64,000 bases of DNA from Paramecium tetraurelia. Its lineage: Eukaryota. A program made the translations under genes and the position numbers. The notes beneath the pieces were generated by a model. The model made no database searches and was not told the origin of the DNA. It saw nothing but the letters and a program-made list of their open reading frames with translations. Where the stretch lies: contig CT868052.1 in the NCBI GenBank assembly GCA_000165425.1, forward strand, positions 124,001 to 188,000. Direction: 5' to 3'. How positions within the stretch are numbered: position 1 is the stretch's first letter; each line of letters begins with the position of its first letter. Positions 13,322-27,291 of the stretch are shown here, in pieces.

Positions 13322-15437
13322 ATGAAAAAAACAATTAAAAATGAAGAACCTTTAAGAGAAAAATTATCCTAAACAATGTTTAAAGGAAGCAGTGATAACA
13401 ATCAACCTATCTTAATAAAAGGATTGGGTTAAGAATTCTCAACAAACATTCTTGAAAACATTTAAAGAACTCATTCTTTCTCCAAACCATTTCAACAAGC
13501 ACCAAAAGAGGATAGTTAAAATTAGCCAAAGACACCAACAATGAAAAATGACATAGGAATGATTTAATCAATACATATTAAGAAACCACCAAAGTCTGTC
13601 TTGAAAATTTCAAGGTTTGTTGGAGATGCGAAATGGCCATTTTTTAGAGTTAAGAAAGATGAAACTGTAAAGCAATTTTGGAATAGAAGGACTTAACAAG
13701 ATCATCATAGAAATTGGAATAGTGAAGGGTATTTGTTTGAAGGCATAATGCTTAGGATTGGGAGAAAGAAAAAAAGCGTAAAAGGATATTATTTTAAACT
13801 GACTTATTCTGGGATGCTGATGTATTTCAAAAAAGTACATTTAAATTAATGTATAATAGGAGTCAGACAAAGAGCCGAAAGGTTTCGTGTAATTGAGTAT
13901 GGAAAGCAGAGTTATAATCTCGTATCAAAAAACTAAGAAAGGATTGAATGTGCCAGTCTTATACATAGAGAGAGTAGAGGGAATTGGAATAACCATATTT
14001 GATCATTAAATCGAATAGACTCTAAAATTGTGTGAAGCACTCTAAGAATTTTGTTTGATGAGAGGATATGATAGTGTGTACACCTAAATAGATACACTGG
14101 GAAATGGGGCATTTGCTACTGTGTTCAAGGTATAACGAAAGAGAGACGAATAGCAGTTTGCTGCCAAAGTCATTTATAGAAATATGTTCGATGAAAATAA
14201 ACACAAAGATAAATTTATAGTATAAAATTATTAAACATATTAGTGCAGTAAATGGTATACAACGAAGTTATAGCTTTGAAAACATTAAGTCATCCAGGAA
14301 TCGAGTAGATCTACGAAGTTTATTAGGAAAAAGATAAATTAGTTATCATCATTGAATATTGTTAAGGAGGAACTCTTTATCAATTTTATAAATCCAAAGG
14401 GAAATTATCAGAAAAACAAATTGCTTAGTTGATTAAAGGGATTTTGGATGCTCTTTTTGAAATGCATTCGAATGGATTTGTCCATCGAGATCTGAAGTTG
14501 GAGAATATCATGTTGGAATCCAAGGAGCATATGCAAATTAAATTGGTTGATTTTGGGTTTGCTGAAGAAATTAATGAAAAAGAGTTGATAAGCAAAGCAG
14601 GCACACCTGGGTTCTTAGCACCAGAAATCTTCCGTGGGTATCCTTATACATAGAAAGGAGATGTGTTTAGTGCAGGTTGTGTTTTATACATAGTAATTAT
14701 CCATCATTATAATAGTTGACAGCAGGATATGCTCCTTTCAGAGGTAAACCAAGTTAAATTCAATTGTTGAATTCCAAGGGATAAGTTAATTATGAGAAAT
14801 CTCCTTGGCCTGATGTTAGCGTTGAGTTAAAGAGTCTTGTTAAGAAGATGTTAGAACCAAAATAAGAGGATAGATTCACTACTTTAGAGGCATTGGAATC
14901 CTCGTTTATTTCTCATTATACAAAAATAACCTCGGAAACCAATTATAAATCATTCTAGATGGTTTCGGGGTTGGACTTTCACAACAAATAATCTGTCAAG
15001 AGTATCAAGAATTCTGAATCTAATGGTTCTAAATAAAGTAAAGAATTTCAGTTAGATTTCTCCATACATACCAATGACATTAAGTCACTTTATTAAAAAA
15101 ACTCTATTAAGACTCTTTAATCCTAAAGGTCAGGCAGAGGAACTATAAAACAAAGTATGATCCTTAAACAATCCATATCTGTTCCAAAGGATGCCATTAT
15201 TGAGCAATATCAATAAAAGAGGAAGCAAAGCCATCCAGATAGAGCAAGTTGCAAAGATTCCGATAATGATATTGATTCTTTTGGAGAACTGCTTAAATGT
15301 AATATCAATTAGATTCTATTCTAGTACAATCGATGAAATTCACCACATTCGAGGATTTTGATGCTCTAAATTTTTCATAAATCAACTTCTTAACAGAAAC
15401 AGGCTAGGTATTCAATAAGATTAAAAGACCATGGTGA
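13322..15437 (+). CDS. PH-domain CAMK-group Ser/Thr protein kinase
   Basis: PH-like EGIMLRIGRKKKSVKGYYFKL...LMYFKKESDKEPKGFVQL, then kinase motifs LGNGAFATV, AAKVI, HRDLKLEN, DFG, GTPGFLAPE, DVFSAG. Confidence 0.9.
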
Positions 15438-15497
15438 TTACTTTATTAACACTTAAAATATTCACAAATCTATTTTTAAAATTAATTAAATTTACGA

Positions 15498-15968
15498 ATG
15501 TCAAAGAGAGGAAGAGGAGGACAAGTCGGTATTAAATTGAGAATCACACTCGCTTGCAACGTTGGTGCAGTACTCAACTGTGCTGATAACTCAGGAGCCA
15601 AGAATATCTATGTCATTTCAACTTTTGGAATTAAGGGACATTTGAGCAGATTACCCTCTGCCTCCATTGGTGATATGGTCTTATGCTCAGTCAAATAGGG
15701 TAAGCCAGCACTCAGAAAGAAGGGTAATATAAATTCACTATCATAGTCATGTAAGCAGTCGTCGTCAGATAAAGAAAGCCATACAGACGCCGAGAAGGAT
15801 ATTACATTTATTTCGAAGGTTTGAATTTTGTTCTATATCATAGACAACGCTGGTGTCATCATCAATCCAAAGGGTGAAATGAAAGGATCTGCCATTACAG
15901 GTCCAGTTGGAAAAGAAGCTGCCGATTTATGGCCAAAGATTGCATCAGCCGCTGGTTCAGTTCTTTGA
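15498..15968 (+). CDS. RPL23: 60S ribosomal protein L23 (uL14)
   Basis: [11 protein letters not shown]...[10 protein letters not shown]...[12 protein letters not shown]...[38 protein letters not shown]. Two tiny introns. TAG and TAA fall inside the conserved sequence and are read as Gln. Confidence 0.97.
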
Positions 15969-16466
15969 TAAACTTGCAATATATTCAAGTATATTAATAA
16001 ACAAACATTTTCTCATTTGTTAATCATCCCTTCATCTTTTATTTACTTTTGAATTTATGGATATAATAATGACCAAAACTTTCTAAATCAATAAAATTTA
16101 ATTATTTTACATGCAATCTGCAATATTATTTGATAAATAATGAGAATAAAGTCAATTTAAAAAATTAATAAAATGATATTGAACAATGCTCATTCATATT
16201 AAAACATTATTTTACATCTTCTCTAAGAAAATGAATCAATTAATTCCTAATTGCTATTTAATATTTTATTTAATTATAAAATTTCATGTTTTACTAATTA
16301 TGATTCTAATCTTCAAGATTGCATTAAAATTGTCATAGTTTAGTGTCTTTTGTTAAGAGAATTTAACTTATTATTAAATAGCTTTTGATTTGATATACTA
16401 AAAATTAGTCAGAAATTATAGCAATAAGTATAAAAGTGTGATATAATTATAAACAAACATAATTAG

Positions 16467-17042
16467 TCAAATTTTCTCCTATGATCTAGAGGAGAATATT
16501 CTATTTAAGACTCCAACTTACGCTTTTCTTTATAAAAATGTTCTTCCTTATGATTTTGAAGGCCTTAAACTTTGTGAAGAGCTTCTATTTTATTACTTTT
16601 CTTATGACTTTCTTTCAAAATTAAAAGGATTGAGCAAAACTCTTATGTTTCTTCTATATTTTTCAGGGGTAGATTATTTACTTTATTCGTTAACTGCGAG
16701 ATGAGTAGATTAATATTTTGGCAATAATAATCTTTCTTATACTTCTAGAAGGGATTTTAAAGGAGTCTAACTTCTCTTTGATTGTTATGAAGACTTTAAA
16801 ATGTGGAGATTGTTAAAATTTTGATTAATTTGCAAAATATTCGTTTGGCTATTATATATTTGGAGCTGTTGTTATACTATTTGATCAAAGTCAATTATCT
16901 CTTTCTAACTTAGTTTTTTACTAAATGTAGGAACAGAAAATTCTTTAACAGTTTACTCATCAACGATTGGTTACAATTTTCTTAAGGTTTACTATTTGAG
17001 AATGGTTTTTCTGGGGTTAAAAAACTAGGCTGTTTTTTCCAT
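16467..17042 (-). CDS. Hypothetical Gln/Ser/Lys-rich protein (~191 aa)
   Basis: ATG 17042 opens MEKTAQF..., ending at TGA 16467-16469; span divisible by 3. Confidence 0.55.
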
Positions 17043-17343
17043 TTTCAATTATGGTAAAGAATCATTCAGAATCATTTTTAGAGAATCTATTAACTATTTA
17101 ATTATTATCAAAATAATGCTAAAAATAACAAAACTAGTCTTACTTATTGATTATAATGTGATTTAATTTTCAGATTGGAGAATATTCTTATGGAAAAGCA
17201 TTAAAATCTTTAACAGGATTGCTTGTCTTCTCAAAATTATAAACTACATAATTATAATAAGATATTTAACAAAAATAAAAAAGAAGGTTCAATTAAGTGA
17301 ACTATGTTTTATAATGAGAATTTTGATAAAATAATTAAAATTT

Positions 17344-19091
17344 ATGTTAAGAAAATTTTTTAATAGGTTTTCTGTCTACTCTAATTAACATTAAAGAGCG
17401 AAAATAGAAGTTGGAAATAGATCAATTATGCAAGATTAAGATTTGGAGCGATATCCTAAATCTATTTATGTACTTTGTTTATTAATTGAGGGCTTTCTTA
17501 CAAAAAAGATGGACTTAGAAGCACGAAATTCCTGGAAGAATGTACGTCATTTAATAAATTGAAGACATCAAAGATTAATTGTAGACGCAGCAATTATAGC
17601 CATTAAAAATTTTATTAAGTGAAAACAGATTAAAAGCCATGTATGATAATGATTAGTTGGATTCCTAATACATTATTTCTATAATTAGTGAAGAGCACTT
17701 CAAGCCAATGATGGATGAATACACAAATAAAGTATTAATTAATGGAGCTATGCCTCCACTAATTAAATTTGACTAATATAATTAAATTAGAAATTAAATA
17801 ATAGAACTCTATAAAGTGTTTTTTTTTGGAGATCCTTTAAGTTAATTAGAAAGAGAGATTGAATTCAGATATCTAGCACTTAAATAAAGTAAATTCTTTA
17901 AGTACCAGATGTAATAAAGATCAAAAGACAAATGTTTATGGACTCATAGTTAATAAAGAAGAGTTGAATTGATGAAAAATTGGATGGCAAGAGATATTAA
18001 TTTGTTTGATGATTTGAGACCCATCTATGAGCCATTGTTATTAAATCAAAAGATAAAAATATATTAGCAATTATTGAAAATTGATGATGCATCTATCAAA
18101 GAAAAATTGCAATTTCATTTAATTGAAAAGCATACATTATAAAAATCAAAAAGAAGACTAGTAACAATAGCCCAAACACTATTTACTAGAACTATGCTAT
18201 ACACTAATTGCATAGAATTCCTAAGAGTCTTAGATGTCCCTCCTGATTTCCATATTGAATTATCTATAATTAATATTCATATTTGGTTGATTTGCAATAG
18301 ACTGTAATAGATTAACACAAGAGAATCAAATAATTTAGCCACTTTACTATTTAAAGCCTGTGATAGGCATATAGCTAATGAAGTAGATAAAATTCATCTT
18401 AGAAAAAAACACGATTTAGTTAGGGATATTGAAGCCTATATGTAGACAGGTCGAAAGTATTTGGAGTACCATTTTAATCGCAATGTTAAAACTGTTAAGA
18501 ATAATTACTTTAAATTGGATGCATTGATATGGAGTATTATATTCTTTGAAAAGATCCCTAGATATAGTGATAAAGTATTCTTAGTAGCTGAATACATCAA
18601 ATCAAATTATGATTTCTTAAACACTTTACCATATGAATCATTTGAGGATTGTATTGTAGAATTTGATACTTTCAAAATGAGAATAGACTACAAGACTTAG
18701 TTGCTCTAAGTAAACCCTCCTCTCTCAGAGGTAGAATTTGAATAAGAATTCTTATCAGACAATAAAGTTAAGAAATATTATTACTCATTCGAAGATTAGG
18801 AAAATAAAGTTATAGAGCTTCCAAAATTTGAGGTAAACATACTATTTATTTAAAAAGTCTGAAATCAAATCTCTGTTAGAAAGAAGATTAGATGTCTTGG
18901 GAGAAAATATTAGATATATCATAAAGAAATACTAAAATTTAGAGACATTTGATCACTTTTCAACTCATGAAGAATAGATAAAATAAGAATAAAAGAAGCA
19001 AAAATACATTTGGAATACATAAGTAGAAAGAGATCCAGAGGACTTGAGAAAACTAATAAAGCAAAGAAGAATTTAATAAAACAATATGTGA
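17344..19091 (+). CDS. Mitochondrial Cbp3/UQCC1-like ubiquinol-cytochrome c chaperone domain protein
   Basis: Presequence-like MLRKFFNRFSS. FLRVLDVPPDFHIELSIINIHIWLICNRL and LDALIWSIIF resemble the Cbp3 PDTF..W...LH.W...R and LA.ALW motifs. Three 21-23 nt 5' introns restore the frame. Confidence 0.65.
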
Positions 19092-19461
19092 TATATAATA
19101 TTTCATAGATTTTATAAAGGAGTTTTAATTATCTTTGTTCAAAAAGAACAAGCTTCACTAAAATTAATAGATTTAACATTAAATTTCTCAGTTAAATTAT
19201 TCCTCTGTTTATTTATAAATACTATATTATATCGTAAACTCATTAAAGCCGTTCTTTTCTTGTTTAGGGATGTTCTAGATATTTAACAATTAAATATTTT
19301 TTTTATCTTAGAAGATTCAAATGTCAAACGGATTGATTTATTAAAGAGAATTTCAATTCAAAATTTATAGATAAACTTACTTATAAGTTTATAATAATAA
19401 TATTATTAAAGAATCCTTTTTAATAAAGATTTTAGGTATTTGATTGTTATAAATAAAATAA

Positions 19462-20830
19462 TCATTGATTATTTAAATGGGTTTTAACTCTTTTTGTAGC
19501 TTTCAACTCTTTTTCTATAAAATCATAATATAATCCAAATGGTTTTTAGAGGCTCTTACCAAAAATAATCAATTCTTGCATAGCTTCCTCAAAACTTTCA
19601 GTATACATATACACTGGTTAGACAGTCTGAATAGGATAAGGTCTGTCAGCATGAATAAATGGATCAAATTTTTCATAATTTGCTTTTGGGAAATTCTAGA
19701 ATAAATATTGGATATTTGATACATCACATTCTCCAATAGAGCTAGCAATTCCTGCTCCAAATCCTTTAATTTAACCATTCTCCTTACAAGCTCCAAATTC
19801 AAGTGTGAACCAATACAAAGTTCCCAGTCTTGATAGATCTTTTTATTCAGTTCCACATGATAAAATTCCTATTTCCTAAGATAAATCTGCAACCTCTTTG
19901 TCAGCAAATAACGGTACATGTCCCTAATGTTTATAATGAATATTATACCACAAGTTCATGAACTATATCAGGCTCAGGAGTGTATTCTGGGGTTGAATGA
20001 TGTCTAATGTATTGTGTACAACAGAACACTCTATGGCCGAGTGCATTGAGGAATTCTCTTTAACTTAAAATACCATGAGTGGCTTTGATTCTAAAACCTG
20101 TTTCAGCCTTTAGATAAGCATCTATGTCTCTAAGCTAGGGTATTTTATATTTGAATCCTAAAGCATTCTCTATTTTGACTAAGTTCCTGAGGTATCTTTA
20201 AGACATGACTTTTTCAACGCGTTCTCTTAAAATTGAATATATCTTTTTCCACGTTACTTCTTCTTATTCTGTATAATTAATATATGGAACTGGCTCTCCA
20301 ATAAGATGTTATTAAGAAAGTTTGGCTATTTCTTCTCTTCTTTTTCTGTACTCATGATCCTTAAATTGAGGATGGTCTTAATTGTTTTCTTCCTTGACTT
20401 CCATAATTAGGCCAACTTAAGGATAAATGATTGTAATACTTGTCTTCAGATCTTCATCATTTCTTGGATACCATGGAACAAGGGGGATTTGAGAATCATT
20501 GTCAATTAATACTTCATCATACCTTTGTTAGAGATCAAAGAGCAATTCATTAAATTTGTAATCATCTATCTTCTCAAATGTTAACTTCACTACAATATTC
20601 TGTCCCCTCTAATAGTTATTATAGATATACTTTGCTGTACGATTCAATTTCAGTGTTTCAATATCAGAGAGGTTGATTTTATGATTTGAGAATGATTTAA
20701 GAATATTTCTTAGACTTCCGTAGTAATCTCTAGTTATAATTTCAACATCTTGGAGATAATCTATGGCAAAGTTTCTTTTTGGGAATATTGTAGAGAAACA
20801 AGGAAATGAACGAAAGATTTTATTTAACAT
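19462..20830 (-). CDS. PAH: Biopterin-dependent aromatic amino acid hydroxylase (phenylalanine 4-hydroxylase-like) with ACT domain
   Basis: [52 protein letters not shown] and YWFTLEFG (His/His/Glu iron ligands). N-terminal ACT-like [22 protein letters not shown]. Confidence 0.92.
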
Positions 20831-21492
20831 TAATTAATGACGCATTTTTAACTAATTTTATTCCTTTAATACTATATTCAAATTACTTTTGCTAAAATTT
20901 ATATATATAATTTTATTATTGAGATTCGAGACAAATAAATGACACATTACTTTAATTGCAAATTATTCACATTATATTTTAATATAGCTTCCTTTGGATA
21001 ATAATCAAAATTTATTTAAAGTTCTATTCATAATACATAGAATAAATTAAATGGTATAAATTAAGAGAATAAAATTATAAATCTAATATTACGTTAATCC
21101 CTATAGTTTTTAAGGGTTGTGTTGTTGTTTCACTTTTAAATCTCTTATATGATTTGATTATAGATCCTAATTTAAGACTAAAAAAGAAATGATGAGGGGA
21201 TGAATCTAATATACAAAACTTAAACTAAATTGTATTTCTTATGTATATAATAAGGAATAATACTAATAAACCAAAATGAGGATGTGGATAGAATATAAAT
21301 AGAGAATAAAATATTTTTATGACTAATTGGATTGTGTAATATCTTTTATATTAAAATTAAGGGTTTGAATAGGAATTTAAATTTGTTTTCATCTGATTCT
21401 CAACTTAAATAATTTAGCATGAAACAAATTATTTTACATGATAAGATTGTTAAATATATTATATAATTACAATTTAATATATATAAATATAT

Positions 21493-22511
21493 ATGTTTAT
21501 TTTATTATTATTAAACATAAGTTTTGCTCTGCCAGATTTTTATCATCAATTTGATTCTATCAATTTGAACTAATATTCTAATTGTGCAAAAATAGAAACA
21601 TTAATAGAAGATCCAAAAGTTGATGTAATCACAATAAATGAAAATGCTAAGTTTAAAGCATTCTTATTGTTTGGAGAACATGCAAGGGAATTAATAAGTC
21701 CTGAAACAGGTATTTAAATGTGTCATAAATTCAGGTCTACATTTATTGGATTCAATCTGCAATAATAAATATGATGTGAGCAAGTATTAAATCAAAATGG
21801 TTTTAAATCTTAATCCATTATCAAGGATGAGAGTAGAAAATGGAGAATATTGTTTAAGACTTAATGAAAACAATGTTGATTTAAACAGAAACTATGATGC
21901 TCATTTCAAGTAATACACTGATATGGAACAGCAAACAAATTCAGGACCAGAGCCGTTTTCAGAACCAGAAACTAGAGCTGTCAGAGATCTTTTGAAATCT
22001 TATAAACCTAACATGTTCTTGTCTATTCACTCTGGAAGTGCAGGGTTATTTACACCTCATGCATATTCAATGGAGGAGCGTATTTCATCAAAAGTAATTT
22101 GTAGCCTAAAATTACGAAGAATTAATGAAGGTCTTGAATGTAATCAGAGAAGACCATTGTCCAATGTGTGAGACAGGTTTATCCAGTAAAAATGTAGGAT
22201 ATTTGGCATTTGGTAGTGCAATGGATTATGCATATGATGAGATTGGAATAAAAAATTCATATTTGTTCGAAATATATCATAAAGATGTTAACATGATTAA
22301 TGATCTAAGAGTTGAATCTATTAAAAAGCAGAAGAGAAGTTTTCTTGAATTAAAAGATGACTCATCTAATTAAGAATGCTTTGATTATTTTAATCCTAAG
22401 GAAAAGGAATAATATGATTGGTATACTCAAAATTGGAGTGATGCTATTATCAAAACCTTAGGTTTAGTTGAGTAACAATCAAATGAGGATATTATATTAG
22501 CTCATAATTGA
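21493..22511 (+). CDS. Secreted zinc carboxypeptidase (M14)
   Basis: Signal peptide MFIFIIIKHSFA, then GEHARE, NVDLNRNY, GPEPFSEPETRA, LSIHSG, GSAMDYAY, SYLFEI. Confidence 0.9.
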
Positions 22512-22721
22512 CAAATGCTATAAATAATTATAAAGCTTTAATATATTAGTATTCTTTCAATAATTTGAATCTTCTTAGTGTTTTATCATCTATTTTGATT
22601 GTTTAGTGGACATTTATTTATAAATTTAGATATATTTTCATTAAATTTAGAGATATAAAAGACAAATAAAAATAATTTAATTTACTTATTATTTATGAAT
22701 TCTTATTATAGCCTATAAATT

Positions 22722-23433
22722 TCAAATCTTCGAAATATATATGATCATTAATGTTATTTAAATTATTACGATTACAGTTGAGACTAAGATCCATTTTAGA
22801 TATGTTATTCTTGAATTTGGATATCCATAAAATTATTCCTTTAATGTTTAATTATAGATTGTATATTTAATTTTATTGTTTCCATTCGATCTATTTTTAA
22901 TCATTTCCTTAACCTTGGTAGAGAAGTGTAAGCCTTCGTTTTCCTTGAGCTCCATATTGAAGATAACATAATTCTTTTTCATCATTTCACAAAGGTCTTA
23001 ATTTTCAATCATATTTGCAAAGGGATCCATGACCTGTCCTAGTCATTGGTTTATAATTATTACCTATATTCTATTGAAATATTGCATAATTCTATGTTAG
23101 TTTAATCCAAGCCACTAAAAGCAAGATGTAAAATAATAGATTGATAAAAGGAAGTAGAATCAGAATTAATAAAAAGACAGCTATTCCCAAATAATTCCTT
23201 AAATAGTTATGAATGAATTAAACCACTTTACTTGATATCATGTAATTTAAAGTTATTCCATTAACTTTATTATCATCTAAGTTATATACTTTGATAAACT
23301 AGACTAATGATTTAAAGTTTACTTTATTATACAATGTAATCGGGTCTTGGTTACTTATTAGTATGTTGGAATCATCTCCTTATTCAGTTAACTCCGAATA
23401 AAATTATTCAGACCCCTCAATTTTTGTGCTCAT
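22722..23433 (-). CDS. Hypothetical protein with C-terminal transmembrane helix (5' structure unresolved)
   Basis: The 3' exon reads ...RITYLKWILVSTVIVIIQITLMIIYISKI*. The 5' frames were not cleanly joined. Confidence 0.35.
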
Positions 23434-23493
23434 TAATATAATAATTTATTTCCATCCTAATATATATAATATGTAATAAATTGAGAAACATGT

Positions 23494-24299
23494 TCAATGT
23501 GTAATATGAAATATAGAATAAGTAATGTATCTAAAAGCATTTACAAAGTAAAGGATAATTAAATGCTATATAAGATAAATAGATAGTTATAATTTATGAA
23601 GATAATTTATATCATTTTTTTGGCAAATTCTTATTAAAACTATGTCTAAAAGAGCTTCTGTCTATGATGCTAAAAAATTATTCTGATTAAGTAATTTTGT
23701 TTGGATTATCAATAATTGAATAAAATTAATCTTATGTTATTTGTTCTTGAGAGTGTTGATTGTTTTATTGATTTTAGATATGCTATTAATGATTTTCAGG
23801 GTTTTAATTAATTTCTTCACATTCTAAATTTTCTAGATTATTAAATACTTTATGTTCTTCTATTATTGGCTGTAATTTATTTCTATTATTATGATTATCT
23901 AATTAATTTAGATTTTGATGAGGATCTTGTCTATCCTCAAATAAATTTAGTAATGATATGTCTCTTGAGTAGCTATCAACTTTATTGATGGTGTCACCTA
24001 GACTTAACTAATGTAATAAAGTACTTTGGTATATTACACTTTCTAAATTCTTTTTCAGATTCTGCCCTTCTATAGATAGATTCATTTTTTGTAAAAACAG
24101 GAGTAGATGATGAGGAATGCAAGGTTAAGGGCTATTTTATTGACTGATCAATAGGCTGTAGTTCTAGAGTCGGAATTACAGGTTCTCTAATTTCAGGCCT
24201 GATAATATCTCCTATGTAAAGGATTTCTATCATTTTTTGGAAGATAGCTTCACATGCCAGATTCAATAATACTAAAAGCTTATTAAGGCATTATTTCAT
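23494..24299 (-). CDS. Hypothetical Asn/Gln-rich protein
   Basis: Long open frame MNLSIEGQNLKKNLESVIYQ... to TGA at 23494. A candidate ATG at 24299 lies head-to-head with the RBCC gene; the 5' junction is unresolved. Confidence 0.4.
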
Positions 24300-24339
24300 T
24301 AATTAATAAAATTAACTGCAATTTTATATTAACTGCTAA

Positions 24340-25587
24340 ATGTCTGATACTGAAAGTGAATTATTGGAATGTTGCAAATGTGGAGCATAAGTAGATTAAA
24401 TTCTATCACTTTAATGCGACCACAATTTGTGTTTGAATTGTGCAGCAAAGGCTGTAGCAAAGTGGGGCACATTTACTATGTACCCTCCATTGGTTTGTTA
24501 AATATGTTCATCAAAAACTCAATTGGATCCATCTGCCGTGTAAGTGTTATTAGAGATGAATCCGTAATCCTCCTGTTGTTCTGAGGATTTTGAATAGAGA
24601 AGTGAAATATTAGAAACAAAACAATCTCAACAAATCTAACAGGCTGATTATCATAATTAGTCATAATAATAATCACTAACTAATATCACTTGTTAGTAAC
24701 ACCTTACTGAGAGTTGTGTGTTGTATTGTTTTACTTGTGATGCTTAATGTTTCTGTATGGAATGCTACTTATAAGGATTACACAAAAATCATGAAGTCAG
24801 AAACATCTCAAAATCTTTTGATTTAATTAGAGAAAATGGAAATTAACTCCAGGTCTCATTGTAAAGTTGTTGTGAGTATTTGCTGCATGAACAATGCAAA
24901 GTGGTGAACAAAAAATAAGATTTAGTAGACCTAGTAGGATAAGCTAAAATGTAGATTACTACTAATTTTGAAGACATTTATAGAACATTAAAACTAAAAG
25001 AGTAAGAGATGTTATAGGCTGCTGATGAACTAGTGGCTGATAAACTCATTGAGATAGAGGGATTGATGGCTAAAATTAAACTATAAACAGATAGAGTGAA
25101 CTAATATAATGAACAACTCGTTTAATATTTTGGATCTAGTAGTCCTAACGTTTCATTATGTGTAGAGGCATGTAATTTTGTAGTGAAAGAGAAAAAAAAG
25201 ATTCAAAACTTAATTGAATAAGTTAGATAAGAGAAAATAAGTCCAACTATATAAGGTAAATTTTGTTTGGATTCTGGTTCCATACAATAAATGATCAGCG
25301 ATGTAAGAGGAGTCAAACTACAACTAGTTTCTTTAAGAGGAATCGAATCGATCAATCCTACTTAAAGAGAATAATATATCTATTAAAAAGCTGTTGAAGA
25401 TAAAACTAGAGATTCTATGATTGGAAATAATTAAGTGTTAAGAGAAGAAAAGGAGAATAACAATTCAATAAGTTTTATTGAGCGATCTAGTTAGAAAAAA
25501 TCTTTAAAAACAAATGATAATCGAGACTTTTATACTAAATTTCATGAAGCTAAGAGAACCATTATGAACTAAAAGTCGTTCATATGA
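24340..25587 (+). CDS. RING - B-box - coiled-coil (TRIM/RBCC-like) protein, 415 aa, intronless
   Basis: C3HC4 RING CCKC...CDHNLCLNC...VCQIC; B-box CQQH...YCFTC...FCMEC...HKNHEV; then a heptad-rich helical region. Confidence 0.8.
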
Positions 25588-25763
25588 TTAACTTAATATT
25601 ACTTATTATATATCATATTAAATATTCTTACAATTCAATTCTAAATCAATATCATAGTTTGAGATCATCAAGTAAGATTATATATATATTTTATGTTTAA
25701 TTATTTTCAAGATACTTGATTTTGTATATTTTTTATTGTATAATATAATTATTTTAATTTCTT

Positions 25764-27024
25764 ATGGCTAAATAATAATTAATTCATTCGAAACCACCAG
25801 CAATTACTACAAAACTGCAGATTCCACATAGGACTACTGTTGAATAGGTTTATCTCAAAAGATTAAAGGAAACTGAAGCCTTCATTCCAAAGGAGGAATA
25901 CTTGAAAAAGTAAGAGAACATCAATAAAGTTATGGATACATAGTCAGTGCAATAACTTAAATATTATTCGCACATAAATGAAATCAGATCAGTCAAAGAA
26001 TTCTTATATATATCTGAGAAACTCAAACAAAAGAATATTGAGAAAAAAATGAATGAGAGATTGGAATTAAGGGGGAAACTTAACAAAATTAAAGAAATTG
26101 AAGTACTAAAAAAATTGCATTATTATTTGGAGAAAAAAATAAGACTTTTTATTAAAGATAGATAACATGAAGAAAGTATTAATATTGATATTTTAGATCC
26201 AAAATTAAAGACTTTTGAAGCATTTAGAAATGCACATTAAGATGATAAAAAAGTTATGCAATTTCCAATTGAATTACAGAAAGAATTATTCATCAAATTG
26301 AATGCCTAAAGTGATATAATGCCTTCCAAATAGGAAATTGTGTCACCAGTTTCCCCAAAGAAACATTAAAAACGAAATACTTAGTTTGAGTATGCTTTAG
26401 TGTTATAGTAGTTTTTTTAATGCAGATGTTTCTGATAGTGTAGTGCACAATGAAGAGAAAGAGTAAGGAACAAGCAAGTTTTTGACAATGAAAGTAGCTA
26501 ATAAATTGTTGGGAATGATGATCATAGAATCTAGCAAAGGGAAAAGATAACCTATTATTTGGGCGTAGGATAAAAAGAAGGAACTGGAGGATATATTGAA
26601 TAAGCCTTATGGAGGGAAGATGAATTTTAATCTTCATTCCTTTAATTGGTTAATAGACAATGCGTTAGATAGAACTCAATCCTTAATGAATTTCAAAAAG
26701 GAGTCAATCAATAGGATTACAACGATGGATGAAAGAGTGGAATTTGGGGGCATGCCTAATAATTATTTATCAATTTAAAACAAAATCAATAAGGGAATTG
26801 ATTCTATTACGAAGACTTTTAACATTAGACCAAAATCGAGTCAGGTATTAAGACAGAGAAAAGAGTTGAAAAATAGAAGGCAAATCACTACAGAGTACAA
26901 TATTACTGATAGAATTAAAGAGAATGTCTTGTCTTAGGCTATGAGAAATCAAAATGTGTAATCTTAATGCAAGACAGAAGGTATGTTCTTCTAAAATGAT
27001 TCTTATGTTAGTCATTATATTTGA
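25764..27024 (+). CDS. Hypothetical protein (coiled-coil, Lys/Glu-rich)
   Basis: MAKQQLIHSKPPAITTKLQIPHR... is open in the ciliate code; TGA at 27022-27024. Confidence 0.55.
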
Positions 27025-27052
27025 TTAAAATAATTAAATTAATTTTTTATTT

Positions 27053-27291
27053 ATGGAATCACGAGAATAGATTATTTAAAAAGAAGCACAGATTTAATTA
27101 TTGACAAAAGTATTTAAGCAGGATCAAATTTGTTTCAAGAAATGCATCAAAGCAGTGGAGAAAAGATTGACTGAAGATCAAGAAAAATGCTTAAGTAAAT
27201 GCTCAATTAATTTACAAAAGAAATTTGCAACAATAAAGTTTAAGTAGCTTATGATTTTTTACATAAATTAAACGATAAAACATTAGAATGA
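27053..27291 (+). CDS. Small Tim (Tim10/DDP twin-CX3C) mitochondrial intermembrane-space chaperone
   Basis: ~70 aa with CFKKC...LTEDQEKCLKIC and one 26-nt intron. Absent from the ORF track. Confidence 0.75.
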
